In this document: positions 1 to 12,400 of the stretch, piece by piece | Numbering within the stretch: position 1 is the stretch's first letter | Layout of the letters: each line of letters starts with the position of its first letter | Origin: Eledone cirrhosa | Taxonomy: Eukaryota | Direction: 5' to 3' | Length of the DNA: 64,000 nt | NCBI GenBank assembly: GCA_964016885.1 | Contig: OZ024743.1 | Coordinates: 14,322,001-14,386,000, forward strand | The notes under the pieces: model-generated | Told to the model about the DNA's origin: nothing | Seen by the model: only the letters and a program-made list of their open reading frames with translations | Databases searched by the model: none | Position numbers and translations under genes: made by a program

Positions 1-228
1 CTACTCTGGCAACTTAAACGAGATAATGTTGAGTATTCGATGTTTTGGAATATTGTCTCAAAGGGAATTCCCTTTAATTCATCATCAGAGATATGTGATC
101 TCTGTGTGGAGGAGGTATTCTTTATATTCAAGTCCAAAAATTCCCTTAATTTAAGGAGCAATTTATTCAGTTGCTGCAGACATAGATTGAACTCAACGTT
201 TAAATATAAATATAAATTTAAAATGTAG
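1..228 (+). pseudogene. C-terminal end of a PLE GIY-YIG endonuclease ORF (truncated by window edge)
   Basis: Frame 1 reads LLWQLKRD..FWNIVSK..FN..CDLCVEE..I..LNLRSNL..CCRHR, the same W-x-I/CxLC/LN/C-x-H pattern as the GIY-YIG tails at 7939-8415 and 19612-20040. Confidence 0.8.
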
Positions 229-1310
229 TATAATTAATTAAGAAATTTAGTTAATATATGAAACCTGACGATAAATCATTTGATTCCTTCACCTTTTTCT
301 TTTTAAACCTCCTTCCTAAACATAAACAAAGATGTAATAAACTACTCTAAAGTGTATATGCTCCCAATGTATTAAATTAATTTTACGCAAGATAAATTGC
401 TATACTAAATATAAGGGCATGCGTAGAATCACTGGGTCTTCTAAATCTTTTAAATCATTTTTGTTAAATAATTTTTGGTTTTTATTTGTTATTTGACTCT
501 GATAGCTTATAACTAACTTTGCAATATATTGTTTGAAATATGGGAAGGGTACATTTATGTAGTAAATATATGAAGCATATTGTTATTGGCCTGAGATACT
601 CTATAATGTGTTGAAAGTATTTTAATGTTTTGATGTTTCTGTGCTGATATATTGATATTTGATTATCTCTATACAGGGGCCATATGTGTATTAACATGCA
701 CATAGAAGGTTGATAGAGTTTATTTTATGTGTTCATGTGTCTGTATATGTGCGTATAAATGCTGGAAAACTCACGCAGTTTTTATATATACATATATATA
801 TATATATATATAGGTATGGTTTTGTATATGCTACAGATATGCATAATATTAAATACATAAACGGTAATCATATATGTGAGAACATGAATATTAATCGTAT
901 ATTTATGTATATATACAGTGAAATTTTTATAACACAAGACATTTTTTGTATGACACAGGAAATTATAAAGTTAATCAGGTGAAGTCATGTGTATGTCTAT
1001 ATCATTGACTAGAGTTAGACATAATTTTCTCTTTTTTCTTTTTTCAGAAAGTACATATACGTGTATATATATATACATATATATTTCCGTATTTTATAAA
1101 TAGGGTCATTTTTTGAAGGTTTTATCTCAGATTTTGGTATATTGACCTCAGAGTTTTAAACTAAAGATATGGTCATTATTGAACAATGTTATTTTCTCAT
1201 ATTATATATCTATGTCTCATTCATGAATATTGATATTTGCATTCTTATTATCCATTTCATATGAATTGATAATTCAAATTGATATGACATGACGTAAAGA
1301 TGTAACTGTA

Positions 1311-1774
1311 ACCTTCTCTCTATATATATAGCACTTTCTCCTTTCTCTTGAGTTTGTCTTTGTGTATGATGAATTATTATGTATCTATCGCTTTCGTTTG
1401 CCTCTCCTATTTCTCTCTTGTTTCTCTTTCACTTCCTCCTATATATTTATATTTTCTCTCTCTCTTCCTTTCCTCCCCCCTCTCTCTCTCCGTTTTTTCT
1501 TTCCTTCCGTCTTTTTTCTAACTGTGCTTAACACTATAACTAAATAATTATTATCCTTCTCTCTATATATAGTACTCCCTCTCTCTTGAGTTTTTCTATA
1601 TGTATGGTGAATTATTATTTATCTGTTGCTTTCGTTTGCCTCTCTTATTTCTTCCTTGTTCCTTTTCACCTCCTCCTTTCTTTCTCTCCACTCTAGTTCT
1701 CTGTTTTTTCTTTACCTCCGTTTCTTCTTTCTCTCCGTCTTTTTTCTAACTGTGCTTAACACTATAACTAAATT
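1311..1774. repeat. Diverged tandem duplication (~230-240 bp, pyrimidine-rich) in PLE 3' region
   Basis: Two copies starting ccttctctctatatatatag and ending ctaactgtgcttaacactataactaaat. Confidence 0.8.
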
Positions 1775-1868
1775 ATTATAAACAATTCACTACCCAGACA
1801 GCTTACTAATTTAATGGTCGCTTATAATATGGTACGTCAAAATTATTTATAAAACTGTTTATATATTG

Positions 1869-1934
1869 TATTTTATCTGACGAAGGCATGCCATATTTTT
1901 AATATGGTATCCCTGAAATATGTATAATGAAATA
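1869..1934 (+). ncRNA. Type I hammerhead ribozyme in PLE pseudo-LTR
   Basis: Stem I tattttat/atgaaata, CUGACGA, stem II aggcatgccatatt/aatatggtatccct, GAAA, near-palindromic stem III ATATGTAT, cleavage AUA after 1926. Confidence 0.8.
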
Positions 1935-2100
1935 AATATGGTTTTATAAATATAGTTTCCATTTGTTTAATATTGTATATATACTCCAAAAACTTGTCGA
2001 GTGCTTTATATCAGTTATAAAATATTTACTTGTTGTAACCCAACATTTTAAAATAAAACCTTTGCATATATATGTATATATATATGTATATATATATGTG

Positions 2101-2169
<69 letters not shown>

Positions 2170-2211
2170 CCCGTCCATGGTTCTCGGGAATTTTACCCGC
2201 CTTAGATATAC

Positions 2212-2337
<126 letters not shown>

Positions 2338-2344
2338 GTATATA

Positions 2345-2391
<47 letters not shown>

Positions 2392-2422
2392 GTATATATA
2401 TATATGTATATATACATATATG

Positions 2423-2545
<123 letters not shown>

Positions 2546-2556
2546 GTATATATATG

Positions 2557-2603
<47 letters not shown>

Positions 2604-2658
2604 GTATATATATATGTATATATATATGTATATATATGTATGTATATATACATATATG

Positions 2659-2694
<36 letters not shown>

Positions 2695-2708
2695 TGTATT
2701 TATATATG

Positions 2709-2743
<35 letters not shown>

Positions 2744-2989
2744 GTATATATATTATGTAGATAAATCTAGATAAATGTAGATAAATTATGTATATTTAAT
2801 CTTGATAATTTGTATAATTTTGTATAATTTTGTACATAGATCTGTTGAATATGCATACCAATTCTAACACATATATATCCTAGAAACGATCGTTAAATAA
2901 TGAACTTTTTTTGTTTAATATAAGGAATTGTTTATTCATTATTTGTTTAATATTTTATATGTATATATATATATATGTATATATATATG

Positions 2990-3154
<165 letters not shown>

Positions 3155-3179
3155 GTATATATATATGTATATATATATG

Positions 3180-3244
<65 letters not shown>

Positions 3245-3257
3245 GTATATATATATG

Positions 3258-3292
<35 letters not shown>

Positions 3293-3333
3293 GTATATAT
3301 ATATGTATATATATATGTATGTATATATATATG

Positions 3334-3366
<33 letters not shown>

Positions 3367-3413
3367 GGATATATATATATATATGTATATATATATGTGT
3401 ATATATATATATG

Positions 3414-3458
<45 letters not shown>

Positions 3459-3499
3459 GTATATATATATGTATATATATATATATGTATATATATATG

Positions 3500-3548
<49 letters not shown>

Positions 3549-3643
3549 GTATATATGTATATATATATATATGTATATATATATGTATATATATATGTAT
3601 ATATATATGTATATATATGTATGTATATATATATATATGTATG

Positions 3644-3699
<56 letters not shown>

Positions 3700-3750
3700 A
3701 ATCAGGAAAAAAGGTTTACATGGTTTGCTATACAAAAAAGTTTTTAATCA

Positions 3751-3863
3751 CATAGCTTACATTTGTTTCACTAAACTGGTATGTCTAGAGATCGCTATCC
3801 GCCTAATTTTGCGTCACTCGATCGCCAATACAGAATTATAACCAGTCAGATCTTCGGAGCATG
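3751..3863 (-). ncRNA. Variant type I HHR (CCGAAGA core, long stem II insert)
   Basis: Minus strand catgct-CCGAAGA-t-ctgactgg..~60 nt..ccagtttag-t-GAAA-caaatg-UA-agctatg. Confidence 0.65.
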
Positions 3864-4386
3864 CGAGAATGAAGAAAATACACAGGCAAGAAAATAAAAG
3901 AAAATATGGAGTAGTTATGGCATTCAATTAGAACAATAACAACAACAATTATTACAACAATGCTATCAATAAACTATTTAAGGAGATCCTGACATCACTT
4001 AGGTGGGGGGTATATAATGTATCTAATGTTACGGCGTGAAAACCAGCTGTCATAAGGCAAAAAGTATCGCAGTGTGTATCAATTTTAAATCATAAATTAT
4101 AAAGATAAGCTAGTTTTTACAGTCTTGAAGTAAGACTGTAAAAACTAGCTTATCTTTATAATTTAAAATTGATACAAACTACGATACTTTTTGCCTTATG
4201 ACAGCTGGTTTTCACGCCGTAACATTAGATACTTATATACCCCGCACCTAAGTAATGTCAGGGTCTCCTTAAATAGTTTATTGATAGCATTGTTGTAATA
4301 ATTGTTGTTGTTATTGTTCTAATTGAATGCCATAACTACTCCATATTTTCTTTTCTTTTCTTGCCTTTGTATTTTCTTCATTCTCG

Positions 4387-4499
4387 CATGCTCCGAATAT
4401 CTGACTGGTTATAATTCTGTATTGGCGATCGAGTGACGCAAAATTAGGCGGATAGCGATCTTTAGACATACCAGTTCAGTGAAACAAATGTAAGCTATG
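4387..4499 (+). ncRNA. Mirror copy of the variant HHR, core mutated (CCGAATA)
   Basis: catgct-CCGAATA-tctgactgg..ccagttcagt-GAAA-caaatg-TA-agctatg; G8 changed to T. Confidence 0.5.
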
Positions 4500-4747
4500 T
4501 GATTAAAAACTTTTTTGTATAGCAAACCATGTAAACCTTCTTTCCTGATTTATTATTACTCCAAGTGTTTACAACATAGGAATTACAGCATACCCGCAGC
4601 ATCACTATGAAAACGCCTTGTTGAGTCAAACCAAGCCAAGCGTTAATATCATCCACTACCTGGAATACCATAACTGGACTTCACCTGAGTGGACTGCATT
4701 TAACTATTATATGTTAATCCGTATATATATATATGTATATATATATG

Positions 4748-4784
<37 letters not shown>

Positions 4785-4899
4785 GTATATATGTATATAT
4801 ATTTTTATATATATATGTATATATATATGTATGTATATATATATGTATATATATATGTATATATATATATATATGCATATATGTATATATATATATATG

Positions 4900-4998
<99 letters not shown>

Positions 4999-5243
4999 GT
5001 ATATATATATATGTATATATATATATGTATATATATGTATATATATATATGTATATATATATGTATATATATATGTATATATGTATATATATATGCATAT
5101 ATATATGTATATATGTATATGTATATATATATGTATATATATGTATATATGTATATGTATATATGTATATATATATATGTATATATGTATATATGTATAT
5201 ATATATATGTATATATGTATATATGTATATGTATATATATATG

Positions 5244-5350
<107 letters not shown>

Positions 5351-5356
5351 GTATAT

Positions 5357-5432
<76 letters not shown>

Positions 5433-5441
5433 GTATATATG

Positions 5442-5486
<45 letters not shown>

Positions 5487-5507
5487 GTATATATGTATAT
5501 ATATGTG

Positions 5508-5539
<32 letters not shown>

Positions 5540-5563
5540 TGTGTATATATGTATATATATATG

Positions 5564-5599
<36 letters not shown>

Positions 5600-5665
5600 T
5601 GTGTATATATGTATATATATATGTATATATATATATATATATATGTGTATATATGTATATATATG

Positions 5666-5696
<31 letters not shown>

Positions 5697-5738
5697 GTAT
5701 ATATATATGTATATATGTATATATATATATATATATAT

Positions 5739-6125
5739 TTTGTTTCTGAATTTGTCTAGCAAGATTTTTTATCTGAAATCGTGTGTTGAAACCGATATTG
5801 TTATACTTTGGGAGGGTCATGTTGCCAATAAGAAACACACGCACCAGATGCTTTCACTTCAATTTATTATATATTTATAAATTTATAAATTTACAAATTT
5901 ACAAACTTATAAATTTCTGGTTGGTTGGTTGGTTCCACAACCAGATAGTTGTTTGAAAGGACTATGACTATATATAAACAACTATCTGGTTGTGGAACCA
6001 ACCAACCAACCAGAAATTTATAAGTTTGTAAATTTGTAAATTTATAAATTTATAAATATATAATAAATTGAAGCAACTGGTGCGTGTGTTTCTTATTGGC
6101 AACATGACCCTCCCAAAGTATAACA

Positions 6126-6190
<65 letters not shown>

Positions 6191-7050
6191 TATATATATA
6201 TATATATGTATATATATATGTATATATGTATATATATATGTATATATATATATGTATATATATATATATGTGTATATATGAATATATATATGTATATATA
6301 TATATATATATGTGTATATATATATGTATATATGTATATATATATGTATATATATATGTATATATGTATATGTATATATATATATATGTTGTTATACTTT
6401 GGGAGGGTCATGTTGCCAATAAGAAACACACACACCAGTTGCTTTCACTTCAATTTATTATATATTTATAAATTTATAAATTTACAAATCTACAAACTTA
6501 TGAATTTCTGGTTGGTTGGTTGGTTCCACAACCAGATAGTTGTTTATATATAGTCATAGTCCTTTCGTCACACACTCTGTGACCTCTTCAGTGACTGGGG
6601 ATTCCTTTCTTTGTTTCTGTGCCTTTCCTTTCTTCTATCCTACGCCATTTTGTTTCTGTGTGCGTGTTGTGTGCTCAGTTTGCGCATGCGCCACATCCGG
6701 GTGTCTGTGTGTGTTTGTGTTCATTTATCTATTTGTTTATTTATTTATTTATTTATTGTTGGTTGGTTGTTTGTTCTATGTGTGTGTGTGTTTTCATTTT
6801 GTCCTGTGTGTGTTTTCATTTTGTGTGTGTTTTCAATTGTAAGTTGTTTGTTCTATGTGTGTGTGTGTTTTCATTTTGTCCTGTGTGTGTTTTCATTTTG
6901 TCCTTAATTGTAGGTTGTGATGTTGCTGTTCCACTCATATTTTCTATTTAATTTTGGTTGTAATTCTTTTTATGCTTACTGCCTCTGTAATTTGCCTAAA
7001 CATTGCATCTTTTCTGTGTGTGGATTCCAAATTTAAATAGAAAATATGAG
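5739..7050 (-). mobile_element. Non-coding HHR element (family also at 42600-43196 and 43675-44110): fold-back 5739-6127 plus further copy 6387-7050
   Basis: Shared ttatactttgggagggtcatgttgccaataag..ttggttggttcca blocks in direct and inverted orientation, flanked by TA tracts. Confidence 0.85.
6552..6596 (-). ncRNA. Minimal type I HHR
   Basis: Minus strand agtca-CUGAAGA-g-gtcaca(gagtg)tgtgac-GAAA-g-ga-c-UA-tgact. Confidence 0.8.
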
Positions 7051-7170
<120 letters not shown>

Positions 7171-7236
7171 TGTGTGTATATATATATGTATATATATATG
7201 TATATATATATGTATATATATATATATATGTATATA

Positions 7237-7307
<71 letters not shown>

Positions 7308-7318
7308 GTATATATATG

Positions 7319-7351
<33 letters not shown>

Positions 7352-7352
7352 G

Positions 7353-7388
<36 letters not shown>

Positions 7389-7394
7389 TATGTG

Positions 7395-7509
<115 letters not shown>

Positions 7510-7526
7510 GTATATATATATATATG

Positions 7527-7568
<42 letters not shown>

Positions 7569-7628
7569 TATATATATATATATGTATATATATGTGTATA
7601 TATATATATGTATATATATAAATATGTG

Positions 7629-7707
<79 letters not shown>

Positions 7708-7722
7708 GTATATATATATATG

Positions 7723-7817
<95 letters not shown>

Positions 7818-7854
7818 GTATATAAGTATATATATATGTACATATATATATATG

Positions 7855-7901
<47 letters not shown>

Positions 7902-7938
7902 GTATATATATGTATATATATATATGTATATATATATG

Positions 7939-8415
7939 TGTAGGAACACGTGCAACCCTGTAGTTAATACTAATTGTAATTGTAGGAATCGGGCTGATTT
8001 CCCCCTATCCGGGAAATGCCTCTCTAGTAACATTGTCTACAAATGTATGGTTGTAACACCCACGTCCCGTAGGGCCTACATAGGGTTAACCGCCAATAGT
8101 TTCAAGCAGCGTCTTTACATGCATACCCATTCTTTTCGTTACCCTCTAAGAAGGAATATGACGTCACTTTCAGCTCATATCTGGAGTCTAAAAGACAACC
8201 ACACCCAATATAAGTTACACTGGGAGATCCTAGCTAGGGCTAGATCGTATAACGGAAATGAAAGACCTTGTGACCTCTGCGCCGCTGAGGCCCTGGAAAT
8301 ACTCTACGCTACAGACCACATCTTAAACAAAAAATCTGAAGCAATTTCGGCTTGTAAACATAAATTGCACAAAACTTTCCTGTATTACAGCCCCACGTTA
8401 TACCGTAACGGATAG
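7939..8415 (+). pseudogene. 5'-truncated PLE: GIY-YIG endonuclease domain fused to TA tract
   Basis: [59 protein letters not shown]. Confidence 0.9.
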
Positions 8416-9343
8416 CACGATCTATACGTAGATATTTTACGTCTTGATGTGGGAGCTAAGTATATGTTTGTTTATTCCTTCACTTATTTGCATAGGTAAG
8501 TATATATTACCCGTATGTTTTGTGAAGGTATGTATACCTTCTCGTACGTATATATGACTGTTATGGCGTATAATCTTTACATATTCTGGTATTTAGGGTT
8601 TGGCTATGTGTATACGGGAGTTTTGCGTCTGCGTGAGTATGTAGGTTCGTACGTAAGGTGGGTGTGTGTATATTTGTACTTCTTGTTTTAGTTGACTTAC
8701 GTCTTCGAACATTCGTGTATTTATATGTAGGTATGCGTGTGCGCTTGTTATATACGTATTTATTTACTTATATACGTTTATATAATTATTTATTTATTTG
8801 TACACAAGCATACACACACACACACATATTTATATGTGCGTGGTTTTGTATACCTATGGCAAGGTTTTGCGTATGCTTGTGTATGTACGTATCTGTTTGC
8901 CTGTATGAATTTATTTGTTTCTATTACTTCTGTATTGTATTTATTTACTTTGTTCTTAACTCTGTAGCGGAGATTTATTTGGTCTCCTAGTTAGAATTTT
9001 AGTCAATGACTTCTGCTTACCATTTACGTGATTGTGTCTTTGCGTGCTATTGTTCTCCACGCTCCACATATGACTTATTATCTTCGTTTTTCCGTTCATT
9101 GCCAGAGAACGTCTCTATGCACCTCCTAAGAGAACATTAGTCTACGACCTCTTTTATACCATAAACGTGGTTCTGTCTTTGGGCGTAATTGTTTTTCACC
9201 GCTCCTATTAATGACGTATTATTCGTTTTTTCCCGTTCTTTGCCAGCGAACGTTACCACGAACCAAAGTATCGTCTTCCTATCTTCCTCCGGTTGCAACG
9301 TTTTTTGAAATATCCAGTTCTGCGTTTACAGATTGACTTTGTT

Positions 9344-9394
9344 AGTTTCAGAAAATCCCGTTAAGGGTGAAAGCAACGATTCTTTGCTTAAACT
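9344..9394 (+). ncRNA. HHR-like motif, degenerate core CAGAAAA
   Basis: agttt-CAGAAAA-t-ccc(gttaa)ggg-t-GAAA-gcaa..ttgc-UU-aaact. Confidence 0.45.
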
Positions 9395-10211
9395 TTAATC
9401 TGTTATTTTAATAAATATATATATGTATATATATGTGTATATATATATATATGTATATATATACATATATATTTAGGGTTTGGTTATGTGTATATGGGAG
9501 TTTTGCGTCTGCGTGAGTATGCACGTTCGTACGTATGGTGGGTGAGTGTATATGTGTACTGCTTGTTTTAGTTGACCTACGTCTCCGAACCTTCATGTAT
9601 TTATTTGTAGGTATGTGTGTGCGCTTGTTATATACGAATTTATTTACTTATATACGTTTATATAATTATTTATTTATTTGTACACAAGCATACACACATA
9701 CACATATTTATATGTGCGTGGTTTTGTATACCTATTGTAAGGTTTTGCGTATGCTTGTGTATGTACGTATCTGTTTGCGTGAATTTATTTATTTGTTTCT
9801 ATTACTTCTGTATTGTATTTATTTACTTTGTTCTTAACTCTGTAGCGGAGATTCATTCGGTCTCCTAGTTAGAATTTTAGTCTACAACTTCTGCTATACC
9901 ATTTACGTGGTTTTGTCTTTGCGTGCTATTGTTCGCCACGCTCCACATATGACTTATTATCTTCGTTTTTTCGTTCATTGCCAGAGAACGTCTCTATGCA
10001 CCACTTAGAGAACATTAGTCTACGACCTCTTTTATACCATAAACGTGGTTCTGTCTTTGCGCGTAATTGTTTTTCACCGCTCTTATTAATTCGTTTTTTC
10101 CCGTTCTTTGCCAGCGAACGTCACCATGAACCAAAGTATCGTCTTCCAGTCTTCCTCCGGTTGCAACGTTTTTTGAAATATCCAGTTCTGCGTTTACAGA
10201 TTGACTTTGTT

Positions 10212-10262
10212 AGTTTCAGAAGATCCCGTTAAGGGTGAAAGCAGCGATTCTTTGCTTAAACT
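10212..10262 (+). ncRNA. Variant type I HHR (CAGAAGA core)
   Basis: agttt-CAGAAGA-t-ccc(gttaa)ggg-t-GAAA-gca..tgc-UU-aaact; all three stems form. Confidence 0.6.
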
Positions 10263-10375
10263 TTAATCTGTTATTTTAATAAATATTTGCTCTTCGGTTC
10301 ATATATATTTGATATATATTTTCCTTATCGAGCCCACTTTGGATTTTAGTCTTAAATTTTATTATTATTACTATG

Positions 10376-10406
<31 letters not shown>

Positions 10407-10407
10407 G

Positions 10408-10528
<121 letters not shown>

Positions 10529-10578
10529 GTATATATATATATATGTATATATATATATGTATATATATATATATGTAT

Positions 10579-11088
10579 AGCGGCGATGAATTAGTTTTGC
10601 GAGGTTTTTTATATGAAATCGTGTGTCGAAACAGATATGGTTATATTTGGGGAGGGTCATATTTGCGTAATATTGCCAGAATTAATAACAGAACACACTC
10701 ACTGTTTGGTTGGTTTTCGCTTCTCGCTGTCTTTTATATATATGTATCTGCGATCTAACTTACTCGGTCCTCAATGTTGCCATTGACTGACCGGCGGTCA
10801 AAAATAATACAGATACAATATAGACAAACACATATATATATAGTTTACATAAATCAGATGTGCAACGAAAGATTTATGTAAACTATATATATATGTGTTT
10901 GTCTATATTGTATCTATATTATTTTTGACCGCCGGTCAGTCAATGGCAACATTGAGGACCGAGTAAGTTAGATCGCAGATACATATATATAAAAGACAGC
11001 GAGAAGCGAAAACCAACCAAACAGTGAGTGTGTTCTGTTATTAATTCTGGCAATATTACGCAAATATGACCCTCCCCAAATATAACAA
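10579..11088. mobile_element. Fold-back element, ~215-bp arms, related to the 5739 family
   Basis: 10640-10853 inverted against 10871-11086; shares gaaatcgtgtgt.gaaac.gatat.gttata.tt.gggagggtcat with 5775-5820. Confidence 0.85.
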
Positions 11089-11099
11089 TATATATGTAT

Positions 11100-11131
<32 letters not shown>

Positions 11132-11135
11132 GTAT

Positions 11136-11201
<66 letters not shown>

Positions 11202-11410
11202 GTATATATATATGTATATATATATATATATATACATGTATATATATATATGTATATATATATATGTATATATATATGTATATATGTATATACATATGTA
11301 TATATGTATATATATAGGTATATACGGATATATATATGTATATATGTATGTATATATGTATATATAAATGTATATATGTATATATATATATGTATATGTA
11401 TATATATATG

Positions 11411-11476
<66 letters not shown>

Positions 11477-11634
11477 CATATATACATTTATATATATATA
11501 CATATATACATTTATATATATTTATATGTTGATTTAAAACTGCACTATCAACAAGTGTTTTTTTTTTTTTTTTTTTTTTAGCCTTTATATGTATATATAT
11601 ATATGTATATATATATATGTATATATAGATGTAT

Positions 11635-11666
<32 letters not shown>

Positions 11667-12005
11667 GTATATGTATATATATGTATGTGAATATATATTT
11701 ATATATATATGTATATATATATGTATATATATGTATATATGTATATATATATGTATATATGTATATATATATGTGTATAACAGTTAAGTCAAAGATGTAC
11801 ATCCATATATGTAAACTGAAATACTAGTATGTATATGAATACACACACGTATACATATGTAGATGTACCAAGTTTTTTTTCACTGATCACTTTACTGTGA
11901 GTGGCCAGCTATTCTGTATGTAAACACACAGACAAACCGGTTTTTAGAGTCATACTGGTTTTTGAGGAAACACCTTTCCTCTATTCTCCAGAAAGCCAGA
12001 CAAGG

Positions 12006-12050
12006 AATATTGAACTAGTTTCGTTGTTGTTACAACTCATCAGCAATATT
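12006..12050 (-). ncRNA. Minimal type I HHR (inverted unit)
   Basis: Reverse complement of the 12356-12400 motif. Confidence 0.88.
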
Positions 12051-12355
12051 TACCTATCTTCCGGCCTCTCTAGAGAATCGTAAAAGCACATATCGCTATA
12101 TGCTTTTTCTATGAAAATTAGTAGTGGGCAGACCAACTTGCATAGAGTGTGAGTAAGTACCGGTTCAACGGAGACGATAAAAACAAATAACGAAACGAAA
12201 TTAAATTTCGTTTCGTTATTTGTTTTTATCGTCTCCGTTGAACCGGTACTTACTCACACTCTATGCAAGTTGGTCTGCCCACTACTAATTTTCATAGAAA
12301 AAGCATATAGCGATATGTGCTTTTACGATTCTCTAGAGAGGCCGGAAGATAGGTA

Positions 12356-12400
12356 AATATTGCTGATGAGTTGTAACAACAACGAAACTAGTTCAATATT
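12356..12400 (+). ncRNA. Minimal type I HHR, unit 1 (repeated at 12825, 13295, 13764, 14233, 14702)
   Basis: aatattg-CUGAUGA-gttgt(aaca)acaac-GAAA-c-ta-g-UU-caatatt; stem III region AACTAGTT is palindromic; cleavage GUU after 12393. Confidence 0.9.

Larger units (their letters stand above)
3698..4552. mobile_element. Fold-back (palindromic) non-coding element, ~430-bp arms, one HHR in each arm
   Basis: 3698 taaatcaggaaa.. is the reverse complement of ..tttcctgattta 4552; centre cagtctt-gaagt-aagactg at ~4129; arms differ at several sites. Confidence 0.9.
8590..10285 (+). repeat. Partial tandem duplication of PLE 3' UTR/pseudo-LTR (~820 bp x2; third partial copy 43205-43658)
   Basis: About 8590-9415 and 9470-10285 align throughout, from atttagggtt.. 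to ..ctgttattttaataaatat. Confidence 0.9.

Noticed and set aside
262-295. CTGACGA core
   Set aside because: No GAAA or stem III downstream
2838-2900. HHR-like CTGTTGA..GAAACGATCGTT
   Set aside because: Palindromic stem III only; core altered and stems I/II do not register
3698-4552. MITE/Foldback DNA transposon interpretation of the palindromes
   Set aside because: Arms are often unequal, ends vary between family copies, and HHRs plus PLE context point to retrotransposition; not formally excluded
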